From positions 8,061,794-8,125,793 of the forward strand of contig CAVNZM010000010.1 of assembly GCA_963693365.1 (NCBI GenBank): a stretch of 64,000 nt of DNA. Direction: 5' to 3'. Source of the stretch: Amoebidium appalachense. Lineage: Eukaryota > Protista > Ichthyosporea. The notes under the pieces are model-generated. The model searched no databases, was not told where the DNA came from, and worked only from the letters and a program-made list of their open reading frames with translations. Numbering within the stretch: position 1 is the first letter of the stretch; each line of letters begins with the position of its first letter. This document shows positions 34,424 to 47,209 of this stretch, piece after piece. The translations under genes were made by a program, and so were the position numbers.

Positions 34424-34751
34424 AAAAAAAAAAAAAAACACACACACCAAAAGAGAACTTTAAATATGAATAGTATTTAACACGCGCCCCCCTCTCCCCC
34501 TCCCCGTCCTCCCCCCCCTCTCCCCCCCTCCCCCCCCCCCCCCAAAAAAAAAAACACACACACATACACCAAAAGAAAACTTTGAAAATAAATAGTTGTA
34601 AGATAAAAAGTTTTAATAAAAAAGTTTTTTGGTGTGTGTGTAGGGGGGGGGGAGGGGGGAGGGGGAGGGGGGAGGGGGGATAGGAGTGTGGGTGTGGGTG
34701 TGGTTGCGCACGTGCGCCGCGAGTCTAGTGCGTGTGTGCGTGTGGGCTTCA

Positions 34752-34846
<95 letters not shown>

Positions 34847-34905
34847 ATTTGTGTGTTAGTGTGTGTGTGTACCTGTGTATGTGTGTGTGTGAGTGTGTGT
34901 GCACA

Positions 34906-34945
<40 letters not shown>
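34140..34945. repeat. Large imperfect inverted repeat (foldback) with (CA)n/(TG)n outer arms
   Basis: ATGAAGCCCGCACGCGCACACGCACGAGATTC (~34267) mirrors GAGTCTAGTGCGTGTGTGCGTGTGGGCTTCAT (~34721-34752). ACACACCAAAA..AACTTT mirrors AAAGTTTTTTGGTGTGT (~34621). Confidence 0.7.
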
Positions 34946-35575
34946 TGTGTGTGAACTTGAACATAAATAAATAAAATCTAGAATTAGACCAGTGAAATAG
35001 AAATATTCTAGAACATCGCCAAGCACCTCCCCAGGCCTTTTGGGTGGCCTGCCTCCATCCCGGCATCCCCAGACAACTAACCCCCCCCCCCCCCCCCCCC
35101 CCCCGCCCCCTCCCCACGGGGCGCCCCTGGGGACCACCTTATAATCTTGTCTGTGGGTCCTGCATTTGATTTGGATCCCTAAGGGGCTTATATATTTCTG
35201 AGACTCAGGTTTCAAAGGGTTCAAAACTGTTTGATTCGCGTGATGGGGAAAACAAAGTAAATAGAATGACGGCCCTGCCAGCAAGCACACAGAATACTAC
35301 AGGTGCTTATGTACTGTTCATCATCTTGGAGCGTGCAAAGAGACGTCCACAGAGCACTTTGCTGATATTTATTAAAGGTTGGTGCCTGTGTTGCTACCAT
35401 TCACAAAACCACAAGTCTGGGAGAACCAAGAAGCAGTGGCATACTGTACCACTTCTCCGTTGGACAGCTCTTAGACTACCGTTAGAATAATGATTCCTCG
35501 CATACAGAATAAAAAAGGATCAGAAGGCTGAGCTTTACAATCAACAATCGTTCACATTCGTTTCAAGGTCTGCTT

Positions 35576-36817
35576 CTATGCCACCCTTGGTATCTCCCCT
35601 CCAGCACAATTACTCTCCAGCTCCCTTTCCAGATGGTCTGCCTGCGTCTCCATCCCTTCACATGTTGTGCAAGGTCTGATATGCACCGAGTCAAGAACAG
35701 CCTGGACATATTCCACTGCCACCCGGTCCGCCCACGGTGCCATAGTTAGACCCTCATAGAAGGCACAATGGGACCCCCTCTGTGTGGTGACAAGGATGGC
35801 AGTGGGCAGGTGTTCAAAGAGCCAGTGATGATCAACCACATTTTCGCTTGTGCAAATGGGGTCATCATGGGCGTTAATACACAACAGGGGAACAGTGATG
35901 TTGTGTGCTACCTCCATCGGGTTGCTCCCACGAAGGAATTCTTCGTATGATTCATAGCCGAATAAGGCGTGCGCTTGCTGCAGAAACTCCACAACATCTT
36001 TTGCTTGCAAACCGCCATCCAGGGCTGTGGGGTGACGACTGGAAAAAACCGTGTGGTTGGGGTGGATGAAGTGGCTTTTTAATTGCCTGGCAAGTAGGTT
36101 TCGATATGGTTGTCTTATGCGGGCCATGCTGACGGATATGTCATATGCGGGGGACACACACACGGCAGCAGCAAGGTGGGCGGCTTCCTTGTGGTACTCA
36201 CCGAGGTAGCGCACAACCGTGCCTGACCCGGCAGAAGCACCATAAAGAACAAGGGGAGAGGCGGGTAGCCGGTCTTGTATGTGCAACATACACGCGTGTA
36301 GATCGTGCGCGTCACCCACCGGGTTAAATTTGGGTGCGCGTAGACGCATACCCCCGTGCCCTCTCCTTATGAGAACAACGGCACGCCAGCCTTTTTTACT
36401 GATGGATCGAACGGTGGTGGTGAGACTGCGTGAGCACCCTGTAACCCCAGGAAGGAGAATGACTGTGGGTGCGTCAGGTGTGGGCTCTGGCGTGTTTACT
36501 GCCCAATCTAACCCTACCACTTCCCTGCCACATTCTACGGTGATGTACTCACGCTCAAACCTGACTGTAGGTGTAGCGATGTTCTTGAGCATAACGGATA
36601 TTAATTGTAAATGGTTGTTGAAACAAAACGGGGTGGGGTAGAAAAAGCGCCTGAGGGTTGGGCATTTTGCTAGTACAGAATGGTTGTAGGGCAGCTTCGC
36701 GCACAAAACCTGGGGTTTTTCAACCACGCGTAGGAGGTAGTAGGTGGCTGATAACGCACACCCAGCAGCCATAACCAGGCTGGGGTTGAGCGTGTTTATG
36801 AGCGTGGTGGTGCTCAT
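35576..36817 (-). CDS. Alpha/beta hydrolase, ABHD1/2/3 - YheT - Eht1 family; intronless, 413 aa
   Basis: N-terminal hydrophobic anchor, HLQL, LDW, LPGVTG, RGHGG, nucleophile GASAG, acid HDDP, His in GSHC. Confidence 0.9.
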   Translation of the reverse strand: MSTTTLINTLNPSLVMAAGCALSATYYLLRVVEKPQVLCAKLPYNHSVLAKCPTLRRFFYPTPFCFNNHLQLISVMLKNIATPTVRFEREYITVECGREVVGLDWAVNTPEPTPDAPTVILLPGVTGCSRSLTTTVRSISKKGWRAVVLIRRGHGGMRLRAPKFNPVGDAHDLHACMLHIQDRLPASPLVLYGASAGSGTVVRYLGEYHKEAAHLAAAVCVSPAYDISVSMARIRQPYRNLLARQLKSHFIHPNHTVFSSRHPTALDGGLQAKDVVEFLQQAHALFGYESYEEFLRGSNPMEVAHNITVPLLCINAHDDPICTSENVVDHHWLFEHLPTAILVTTQRGSHCAFYEGLTMAPWADRVAVEYVQAVLDSVHIRPCTTCEGMETQADHLERELESNCAGGEIPRVA

Positions 36818-37295
36818 GTTTGTTTGTGTTTAAGGACTAACCATCAGAGAGTGCTTATATCTGCAGCATGTGTATAATTTTGGACGAGCATTCGTTGATA
36901 TATTCCTTCGTTTGGTCACCATCATATAATGATATCCTAAATTTCTGCTTTCTTAACTGAGAGGCTTGCCGCAGTGGCCTGCGCAGGATGCGTAACTGTC
37001 AGTGTGCGAGGTTGGGCTTGAAACGGGAGTTGAAACAGGGGTGGTGCATTTTAATCCAATAAACTCAAAGATGTGACGTAATTTGCCATAGATGATAGGC
37101 TGATACTGCACCGGGGCAAACCTAAAAATAGAAGTGTTTGCGACATCGTCCATTTTTTTGAACACCGACTCCAGGCAGAACTCCAGGCTCAGCTAGCTGT
37201 TCTCAGGCTGTTCAGAGAGAGCAGAGGTGGCAAACAAGCAGAGTGGTTGACAACCCAATAATTCAACACTAGCATATAAGATTTTATACTGTAAA

Positions 37296-38159
37296 ATGAC
37301 AAATTCTAACACTAATCCAAAAGTCGTCACGGTGACAGACGGCAACATGCTTGCACGGCTGCTGTACCCCAACCCCGTGTGCCTGCTCACCACACACACA
37401 CCTGAAACAAAACACAGCAACGTTATGACCATAACTTGGCTTACACCCATAACCAACCAGGGTCACTTTATATGCTCACTCAATAGCACACGTTTCACGG
37501 TAGATATGTTGCGTGCCTGCCCCTACTTCACCCTGAGTGTGCCTACAAAAGGCATGGAAGATTTGGTGTTGGCCATAGGCGACTGCTCTGGTAGGGAGGT
37601 GAACAAACCTGTGCATCTTTCTATACCACTAGTTACACCCGGGCACCTGTACAAGGAAGAGTGTTCGGGCATCCAGAGCGCAAACGAAGGTTTCCATTCG
37701 GTAGAAGCGCCAGAGCCATCTAATCTGAAAAATGTTGGGCCGAGCGCACAACAACCCAGCAAAAAGAGCAAAAAGCAGACACCAACAGTAAGTGGGTGTT
37801 TATGGGACATCAAAAGCGAAGGGTCGACCAATGTGTGCACATCGAATGTAGTGTATGAACAACTGGAGGGAAAGGCGAAGATACCACCCGTTTCCGACAA
37901 GCAACGGAAGAGGGATGAGATTGCCTGGGCGGTGGGTGAAGGCACAAGAGCAGTGGGTGGATGCGCGGTGCACTTGGTGTGTAGGTGGCTGGAGAGGAGG
38001 GAGGCCTTTGGTCACGTGCAGCACACGTGCGTGGTACTGTGTGCATATGTGTCGGAGGACTACTGGGACGGGAAAAACTTCCTGCCTCGAGTTAAAGAAA
38101 CACCTCCCTACTTGACGTTTGTGGGGTCTCAGCGCTTCGGCTATGTGTATGCCGAGTGA
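37296..38159 (+). CDS. Flavin reductase-like (FMN-binding split barrel) protein; intronless, 287 aa, with a low-complexity insertion
   Basis: RLLYPNPVCLLTT, NVMTITWLTP, FTLSVP, IGDCSGREVNK and AVHLVC..GH are typical of the Flavin_Reduct family. Confidence 0.8.
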   Translation: MTNSNTNPKVVTVTDGNMLARLLYPNPVCLLTTHTPETKHSNVMTITWLTPITNQGHFICSLNSTRFTVDMLRACPYFTLSVPTKGMEDLVLAIGDCSGREVNKPVHLSIPLVTPGHLYKEECSGIQSANEGFHSVEAPEPSNLKNVGPSAQQPSKKSKKQTPTVSGCLWDIKSEGSTNVCTSNVVYEQLEGKAKIPPVSDKQRKRDEIAWAVGEGTRAVGGCAVHLVCRWLERREAFGHVQHTCVVLCAYVSEDYWDGKNFLPRVKETPPYLTFVGSQRFGYVYAE

Positions 38160-38293
38160 GGGTTGCTTGGCACCTACACAGCCAATAGTTACTGTGACTT
38201 TATCACTATGGAAATAATAAAAGTTCTTTCATAGGGTCTACATCCTTTTCTTGACCTCCAGTTTCCCCGGCCCTCCCCCCCCCCCCCTCCCCC

Positions 38294-38339
<46 letters not shown>

Positions 38340-38348
38340 CACACACAC

Positions 38349-38463
<115 letters not shown>

Positions 38464-38824
38464 ATATCTTTCCACGTCCTCCCCCCCCCCACGTTTTGCC
38501 CATGCACACCACCCGAGTGTGCTGTCAACATAATATAAGGTGTATTCAGGACCATCCGACAAACCTTTCCCCTCTCCACCCTCCCCCCCGGGTCGGTTAG
38601 TTATCCAGAGCCCCCCCTCCCCCCCCCCCCCCCCCCCCCCCCTAACCTCTTCCCCCCCCCCTTCCCCTTCACCCCCCTCCGCTCCCCCCCCCCCCCCCCC
38701 CCCCTCCCCCCGAAACTCTTGTCCAACCAAACACCACCATGAGATTCATTCACCTCACCATGGACTCCTAATCTCTTTTCCTCTTTTCACATACCAGTGC
38801 AACCCGAGGTCCTGCTTACCCACC

Positions 38825-38878
<54 letters not shown>

Positions 38879-38994
38879 AGGGAGTAAAGAAAGAGAAAAC
38901 AGAAAAAACAGAAAGAAGGAAGGAACGAAAAGAAAAGAAGACGAAGGAAAAAAGAAAGAAAGAAAGAAAGAAGATATATTGAAGAATTTTACCT

Positions 38995-39160
38995 TTAATT
39001 GTGTTTTATTTTTATTATTATTTATTATTATCATTATTATTATTATTATCGTCATTATCATTATTATCATCATCATTATTTTTATTATTATGATTATTAT
39101 ATTATTATTATTATTATTATTACTATTATTACTATTATTATTATTATCACTACTATTATT
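38995..39160. repeat. (ATT)n/(ATC)n trinucleotide microsatellite
   Basis: Directly visible. Confidence 0.95.
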
Positions 39161-39255
39161 GGGGGGGGGGGGGGGGGAGGGGGGTTAAAGAACTGTGAGT
39201 GGTAGGATTTAGCGCAGGGGCGGCGGCGGGCCGGGGGTGGGTGGGTGGGGTGGGT

Positions 39256-39296
<41 letters not shown>

Positions 39297-40247
39297 GCGG
39301 AGGGGGTCAACTATGTATACGACGGATATAGTAGAAGGGTTCAGCTGTAAATAAAGTCTGTCGCGGTATCTCCACAAGTCAGCTGGCGGTTCCTCTTGAC
39401 GCTGGCATTTTACGTCAGTTATTGAGCGCCCAAAATAAAGTTGGTGATTTTCCACTAATCCAACAGCCTTTCGGGGAGATCAAGCTGGGGGAGAAGGGGG
39501 CCCCCAGGGGGGGGGGGGGGGGAGGGGGGGGGGGGGAGGGGGGAGGGGGGGTTCTTCGATCGATTAGGATCACCAAGTACAGCCCATGGGGCGCCAAATA
39601 AAGTGCCCCCCTCCCCCCCTCTCCCCCCTCCCCCCCCCTTTTTGTCCCCCCTCCCCCTCCCCCCCCCCCCCCCCTTCCCACCCCAACACATATCACCACA
39701 GCAAGAAATGCAGGTCTTCTTTAAAAATGCGCCAAGTCAGAGCTCTGTCCACTATCGACCCACCTGATGCTGCCTTGCAGCCTTGCGGCTTGCATAGCTG
39801 CTAAAGGTAGAGAAGGGAGGTAAGGATGCTCCAAGGGGGGGTGTACGGGAGGGAAGCCCGGGGGGGACGGGGCGGTGAGGGGTAGGGGAGGGGTGGTCTT
39901 CGTACCTTGTGTGTGTATCATAATGTGTGCAAGTACAGCATGCATGATCATGTGTCCGGCAACGGGGGGAAGAAGGGGGGGGGAGGGGGGGAGGGAAAGG
40001 AGGGATGGGGGGAGGGGGGGAGGGGGGGGGGGGGGGGGGGGGGGGTAAAGGAGGGCAATGCAGCTGGGCAATGCTGCACGGTGGTGATGGTGGTGGCCAC
40101 GGGCGTGGGGGTGGCGGGGGGAGGGGTGGTGAGCTCAGGGCCTTTGGTGTGTTTGTGTTGCGTTATTGTATTTGCGACAGTAAGTGCATTGCGTGTATGC
40201 ATGGTTTCTGTGCACAAGCCCGTGCAAATGTGTGTTTGCAACGTACC

Positions 40248-40284
<37 letters not shown>

Positions 40285-40889
40285 TGAATGTGTGTACCAT
40301 GGAGCCCGTGATTGTATTTCCCAACTCAACCGGGTAGTGAATCAGGGTGAAAAAGGTGGTGGTGGTGGTGGTGGTGGTGTGTGTGCGTGTGTGGGTGAGT
40401 GGGTGGTTGGGGGAGGGGGGAGGGGAGGAAAAGAAATAGGGGCAAGGTTTAAAGAGGAGAGTGGGAGGAAGGAGACTCGTTTGGAGGCAGAATGGTTTAT
40501 AAGGGGGGAGGGAGGGGGGGGAGGGAGGAAGGGGGGGGAGGGGGGGGGGGGGGTCGAATGATTTAGCTAGAGTTAAGCGATATTACGTTGTTATGTGGGC
40601 CTGCTATCAATATTTAGTACAAACGACAACATGGTCTGAGAACGGTTATATTTTTCGGGCTGGTACACAACATGTGCCACCCTTACGAGCGAATTACCAA
40701 ATATGGTAATACTGAAATGAATAAAAGCAGCCACTGGACAACGGAACAGGATTAAATCATTCGCAAACACAAGATCATTCAACGAGACCCGCAAGCACCC
40801 AGAGCTGCTAGGTAAAGAAAAAATGCAACACATCCATACTCCCACCCCACCCTCCCCCGCTCCTAACTATCTCACTTGAAACTTGAAAA

Positions 40890-42182
40890 CTAATATCCAC
40901 GGAGAAGCATCCAATCAGGCTGAGGCGCCATTTTTGGCACTGCGGCCTCTACCGCAGCAACAGGTGTGGTAGGTGCAGCCAGGGTGGCTGGGACCTCTGT
41001 GGCCCCGGTGGGTGTGATGACTAGAGGCTGGCCCTTAAAGTGACCCTCCTGATAGGCCTTAATGCCGTTAACGTTGATGATGCGTCTTGTTCCATTGGCG
41101 GTGTTGCCGCTGAACTTGCAGCCAGCATCAAACGTCAACTTGCCTGCGCCAGAAATAGCAGCAGTATTCATCGAGAGAGAGTCCCACACAGACCCCCCCT
41201 TAAAGCTCAAATTGTTGACGAATTCAGCGGAAACGGTAACAGGGCCAAGGATTTGGTTGTTTGCAATGGCACCGCCACGATCAGCGGGTGCGCGATTGTT
41301 AATGAAGGACCCCCGAATTTCAACGCTGCCTACAATTTTCTGCAGCCAGAGGGCACCACCGCGGGACCCCCACCCAAATTCACGTGCCTCGTTGTTTTCA
41401 AACTTGGAATCAATGAAGGTGGTTGTGCTAGATTCGAGGGTACCCACACGTAGAGCAGCACCGGCGGAGGCGACATTTCCGGTAAATTCACATCCGGTAA
41501 CCCGAAGGCTGGCATTGTCAATAAGGAACTCAACAAAGAAACCGGCACCCATACCGTGTTCAAAACGGTGCTCGTTGTTAAGGAAACGAGTGTTTGTGAC
41601 GGTAACAGGGCCAATAGCGTACTTGACAGACACGGATCCTCCGCCCTCCCACATGATACCGTTCTTTTCAACAACGTTGTTTTGGAAGAGCGAGTTGTCA
41701 ATAACCATACGTGTTGTCTGGCCAACGAAAATGGCTGAGCCACCACGTGCGTGGGTCTTAAAGCCGTTGAAGGCGCAGTGGTGAATCTCAAGCTCAAGAG
41801 TGGTGGTCGGATCTGTTGATTGCTCGGCATTGCCCAAATCGGGCGTGCGGAGAACTGATGCGTCACCGTCACCCTGGCGCTCGAAAATGATGTCCTTTAA
41901 AACGATCTTCTGGTAGGCACCCGTGGCACGGAACATACCGCCCCACTGCTCGTTCATGTTTGCGTACATAGTGATGGGGGTGGTGAGATCGCCCTGGATC
42001 GTGAGATCGGTTTCAATCGGGATCTCCTTGGTGATCACCAACCCGTTCTTGCGCACGGTGATGGTGGAGCTGGCTGGGGCTGCTGCAATAGCCCCCGCCA
42101 AATCGTCAAAGCATTGCTGTGGAGAGAGATTGGGTAAGCATTAGTTTTACGAAAAGGGGAGAGTGAGGGGCAAAGGGGGAGG

Positions 42183-42217
<35 letters not shown>

Positions 42218-42509
42218 CTTGTACAAGACTGAAGGGCATTGAGGGGAAGAATAAACAATTTGCGGCACTTTTTTCGTGATGGGGAGGGAAGGGAAGGGGG
42301 AGAGGGGGAGGGTTCGGAGGGGGCTGGGGGAGGAGGGATGCAGGGAGAGAGGGTACGGGGCTCTGGGAATGGGGATGCCGCGGAACAGAAAGAACATCGA
42401 GTACTAAGAGGAATGCTGCAACGAGGAGGAGGGGGGAAGGGGGGGGGGAAGGGGGGAGGGGGACGGCAGCTGAAGGCAGCGTGTTAATTGTGTGTGTTTG
42501 GGGAAGGGG

Positions 42510-42540
<31 letters not shown>

Positions 42541-43357
42541 AGGGGGGGGGGCTGGGGTGTAACGATTCGGACAGACCTCTGCGCGAGGCTAAGGGAGGAC
42601 GCAAAACTATGCAACATAGAAAATTCATTCGAACAGCATATCACGCTGGGGGCCAGCGGGGGAGGGGGGAAGGTGGGGTGGGGGGATTTTTTTGGGGCGG
42701 GGGGGGGGGGGGGGGAAAGGGAGGGGGGGGGGGGGGGGAGAAGGTGGGGAGGGGTGGTGGTGGTGGTCGAGGGGGGGGGGGGGGGGGGGGGGGAGGGGAG
42801 GGCTTGGTGTTGTTCAAGTTACTCACCCCAGGCAGCAGGTCCACATCGACCACTGGGCATGGGCCTGCCGGGTTAGTTGGTGCCACAGGCCCAACGGTGG
42901 TGGTGGCTGCAGGGGTGGTGGTGGTCCCAGTGGGCACCAGTGTTGTCTCTGTGGTGGTAACCAAACTGGTCACACTTGCTGTTTGTGTGGATGCACTTGT
43001 GGTGGTTTCGTTTTGCAGCACTGTGGACGTCACATCGAGTGTGTATGTGCCGGTGATGGTGGGGACGTCCAACGTGGTGGCCACCCACGAGGACGAGGAA
43101 ACAACAAATGATGACGTACCAGAGGGGGATAGCGTGGTGGTGCCCCCGGTGATGGCACCCATATTTGAACTGTTGCTGCCGTTGTCTTTGGTGAGAATGA
43201 CCGCTGCCTGGTGGACAAAGAATCGGATTAGAATCGCGTGATTCTTTTTACACACACATGCACACATATGTGAACATGCACAGGCACACGGACACACGCG
43301 CGGACACACACGCACACGCGCGCTCGCACACACATACACACACACGCACACACGTGC

Positions 43358-43404
<47 letters not shown>

Positions 43405-43880
43405 TACGCTCGTCACGCGCGCTTTCGAAAGCTTTTGTACGTGTGTACACACACACGCACACACGTGCAGACGCACGCACGCAGACACACATGCATACTG
43501 TACCAACATCCCCACTAACACCTGCGCGCTGTAATGACATGCATACTGTACCAACATCCCCACTCACACACACCTGCGCGCATGCACACACCCACATACA
43601 CACACATTTGTGAGAATAATTTTTGATACAAAGCCGTCGGTCTACACTTTTTACACGATTTATCACAAAAGGCACTAAAACAAAGACACACAAGCACACA
43701 CCAAAACACGCACAACTTTAGTAGCAATGACCACTCACTCACCGCAATGCCGCCTGCAGCTGCAGCAGCTAGGAGCACACCGCACACGGTCATAATTTTG
43801 CAGCGCCGAGAGTACCCCGTACGAGGGGCCTCGCCGGGGAGCATCTCGACAGCCGACTCGGCATCCTTGCCGATAGCCAT
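40890..43880 (-). CDS. Type II membrane protein: short cytosolic N-terminus, TM helix, Thr-rich stalk and right-handed parallel beta-helix (Pmp/pectin-lyase-like); 3 exons: 43880-43743, 43207-42827, 42116-40890
   Basis: Phase 0 GT-AG joins give an open protein of about 580 aa. TM segment [20 protein letters not shown]. Repeated FxxN...GG(A/S)(I/L/V) motifs: FQNN..GGGSV, FTGN..AGAAL, FENN..GGAL, FINN..GGAI, FVNN..GGSV. Confidence 0.85.
43489..43580. repeat. Two-copy tandem duplication (period ~48 bp) in intron 1 of the beta-helix gene
   Basis: ACATGCATACTGTACCAACATCCCCACT occurs twice. Confidence 0.9.
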
Positions 43881-44092
43881 GGTGATGGTGTTGGGTCCCA
43901 CCCTGCTAGGGTAGGGGTAGGTGTGCTTGACTGAGTTGTGTTGGGTGTAAGATGTGTTTGTAATGTGCGGCCTGTTGTGCCAGCACAAACCGTGGCGACT
44001 GCTTTTGAGCAAAGAGCTCGCCCGCTTGATGCTTACTATTTTTACTTTGCTTCTACAGAGGACGTATATGAAAATATGAATGGCGTCGCCTC

Positions 44093-44328
44093 TTTATACT
44101 GAAAGCCACCTCAAACCTGCGCAAACAACCTACCGCAGCCGGCGATAAGAAAGCACCTTCACTGTTAGGCAATTCACCTGGCGGGCTGTGATTGGATAGA
44201 TCCAACAGCAAATGAGATATCTACCACTCGTACGATCGTACAGTAAGCTAAATATAGTTACGGATCTATTTTAGATTGTTCCCACTTCTGATTGGCGTAC
44301 CTAAATGTTTTGATCTATTTTTGATTGG
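44093..44328 (-). promoter_or_regulatory. Putative promoter of the beta-helix gene: TATAAA (44093-44098) and three CCAAT boxes (44191, 44291, 44324), all on the minus strand
   Basis: Motifs are co-oriented with the gene, about 210-450 bp upstream of ATG 43880. Confidence 0.5.
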
Positions 44329-44977
44329 CTTGTTTGTGTCGTCATCATGGATCAAGATTCAATTGCTTTCACGTGTTTTGTTTCTGTTTCTGTGCGGGCG
44401 ACACCCCTATCCTCGAAACAATGTTCCCAGATATTCAATGCCGATATGCGCGCTATAATGTTGCTGCTATCAGCTGCTATCTGTGCTGTGCACACACAGA
44501 GAGAGACATTGCATTCGTATATATCTGTGGGCTTTGGTCCTTGGATCCGGACTTCTTCCGCTACTTCCGGGTCCGGCACAGCGCTAGCCCGGCCACAGTA
44601 CACGTATGATGTAACAAACTTGACACGCACGCACACACACACACGCGTACAAAAGAAATTACAAACACAGACACACGCAAATGTCATTCGCACGTCGCAT
44701 GCAAGCACACAACCGCCAACAAACCGTCCACACACGGCACACACAGTGTCACGGACACAAACAAAAACACAAACGTCCATGCCGCTACACCAAGGCCTCC
44801 TAGATACAACGGAGACCTTGCGTTACACACACTGCACACACTGAGGCTTACACAGACACACACACACACGCACCGACACGCACCTCCCTCCCCCCCCCTC
44901 CCCGCCCCACCCCAGGCGTTGACACAAGGCTTGGAGTGCACAACGTGGCCACCCGCACACATGCACACGCCCCACAC

Positions 44978-44979
<2 letters not shown>

Positions 44980-45009
<30 letters not shown>

Positions 45010-45070
45010 TCCTTCTCCCCCTCCCTCTCTATCTCCTCCTCTCTCTCCCTCTCTCCCTCTCTCTCTTTCT

Positions 45071-45149
<79 letters not shown>

Positions 45150-45389
45150 CGAGGCGCTCTCTCTCTCTCTCTCTCCCCCCCCCCCCCCTCCTTCCCGGCT
45201 AACTCGACTCCCCGAGGCTCTCCGTCTCTCCCTCTCTCTCTCCGCTCTCTCTCTCTCTCTCATTCCCTACTACTAACTCGACTCCCCGAGGCTCTCCGTC
45301 TCTCCCTCTCTCTCTCCGCTCTCTCTCCCTCTCTCTCTCTCTCTCCTCCCCCCCCCCCCCCCCCCTCTCTCCCCCTCCCCCCCCCCTCA

Positions 45390-45429
<40 letters not shown>

Positions 45430-45638
45430 CCCCCCCCCCCCCCCCCCCCTCTCTCTCTCTTCCCCGTTCCCCTTCCTCCCTCCGTCCCTCCCTTCCCTCC
45501 CTCCCTCCCTTTCCCCTTTCTCTCTCTCTGTCTCCCTCTTTCTCCCCCCCCCCCCCCACCCCCCTTTTCTTGTCTCACTCACTCTCTTCTGTGTATGTGT
45601 ATCTGTGTGTCTGTGTGCTGTGTGTCTGTATGTATGTA

Positions 45639-45695
<57 letters not shown>

Positions 45696-45699
45696 CACG

Positions 45700-45779
<80 letters not shown>

Positions 45780-45893
45780 ATGTGTGTGTGTGCTGTGTGC
45801 CTGTGTCCATGTGTGTGGGTGCGTGTGCGATTGTGTGTGTGCCGTTAGTCTCTCCCTCACTCACTCACTCACTCACTCACTCTCTCTCACTCA

Positions 45894-45934
<41 letters not shown>

Positions 45935-45942
45935 TGTGCGTG

Positions 45943-45988
<46 letters not shown>

Positions 45989-46000
45989 TGCGTGTGTGTA
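44980..46000. repeat. Compound (CA)n-(CT)n-(TG)n block with an internal direct duplication (CTAACTCGACTCCCCGAGGCTCTCCGTCTCTCC at ~45199 and ~45272)
   Basis: Directly visible. Confidence 0.9.
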
Positions 46001-47051
46001 TGCATTGTGTGGGTGTCACGTGGGTGTGTGGTGTGGGTATCATGACGGTGTGTGTGTTAAGATTATTTCCGATGTGTGACTGTTGCCATATGGGTGTGTG
46101 CGCACGTGAGCGCGCAGGCAACACACACTTTAAACTCGCATCTATCCATTCACTAGCCAAAATGGTATGTGTGAACAGCAGTTCAAAGCATCCCGTATAT
46201 TTAGTAGTCAAGACCCCCTGTCACATGGAAACAACTTGATCTTGCAACTTATTAAAATATTCAATGCCTCATGCAAAGCTGGATTCACACGCTAGGCAAC
46301 ATTTACATAATTCATCATTGTCTCACATTTAGGACCAGACGAGAGCCCAAGCACGGGAAGAGCCGGGGGAGCACTGAGGGGGGGAGGGGAGAGACGGGAG
46401 AGAGGGGTAGGGTGTGTGGGGGTGTGGGGTGTGTGTATGTATGTTTTTTGTGGGGGGGGGGGGAGGGGGGGGGGGGGGGGGGGGGGATGTTCATACGGCA
46501 TGTAACATTGCACTGGTGTGTAATAATACTAGAAGTTGTGCTCACGTCATGCTTGGGTCACGGCTAGAACCCTTCACGGGCTAAGCCTTGTCGATATGTT
46601 AGTTTGAATCAATATCAAAGTGATACAAACTACGCATATACATCATGGCATGATAACTTATTGATGTGGTTTGTTATTCGCACTAGATATACGGCTTTAG
46701 ACACAAAACGTCATAACAAGCCTAATACCGTATTGACCTACGAAATCATCATGTGTTTAGTTCTAATTGACATATTCAATACGGGTATATTAGACGGTTG
46801 TAGTTTTGGTGCCAATATTAGCAATTCACATAACCTACAATGACTTCCCCATTATCCATGGGTACGATGTAGTAAATCTGGCTTAGGCTTTGATTTTTGG
46901 TTCTGATTTGGTCCTGATTCGAAACATCCAGCACATTGTTACAATCATATCTACCCTTCACCACACCGTGATGTGAACTTATGTTTATTAAGTAGATGAC
47001 CTATATTGTACTCAACCATTTTGGTGTCAATTGCATATTCTTACCTTGCAT

Positions 47052-47084
<33 letters not shown>

Positions 47085-47209
47085 ACTCCCCTCCACACAC
47101 ACCCTGCAACCAACCCAAAACCAAAAGAAGACAACAGAAACAACATAGTACGTCTCTCTCATAAAGTGAAAAACAAAACGAGATGCCCCCCCCAACGACC
47201 CCCATGCCA

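Noticed and set aside
39300-39800. Possible transposon or coding remnant
   Set aside because: No recognisable domain, and frames are broken by homopolymers.
41040-41872. Antisense and alternate-frame ORFs over the beta-helix exon
   Set aside because: They are shadows of the real coding strand.
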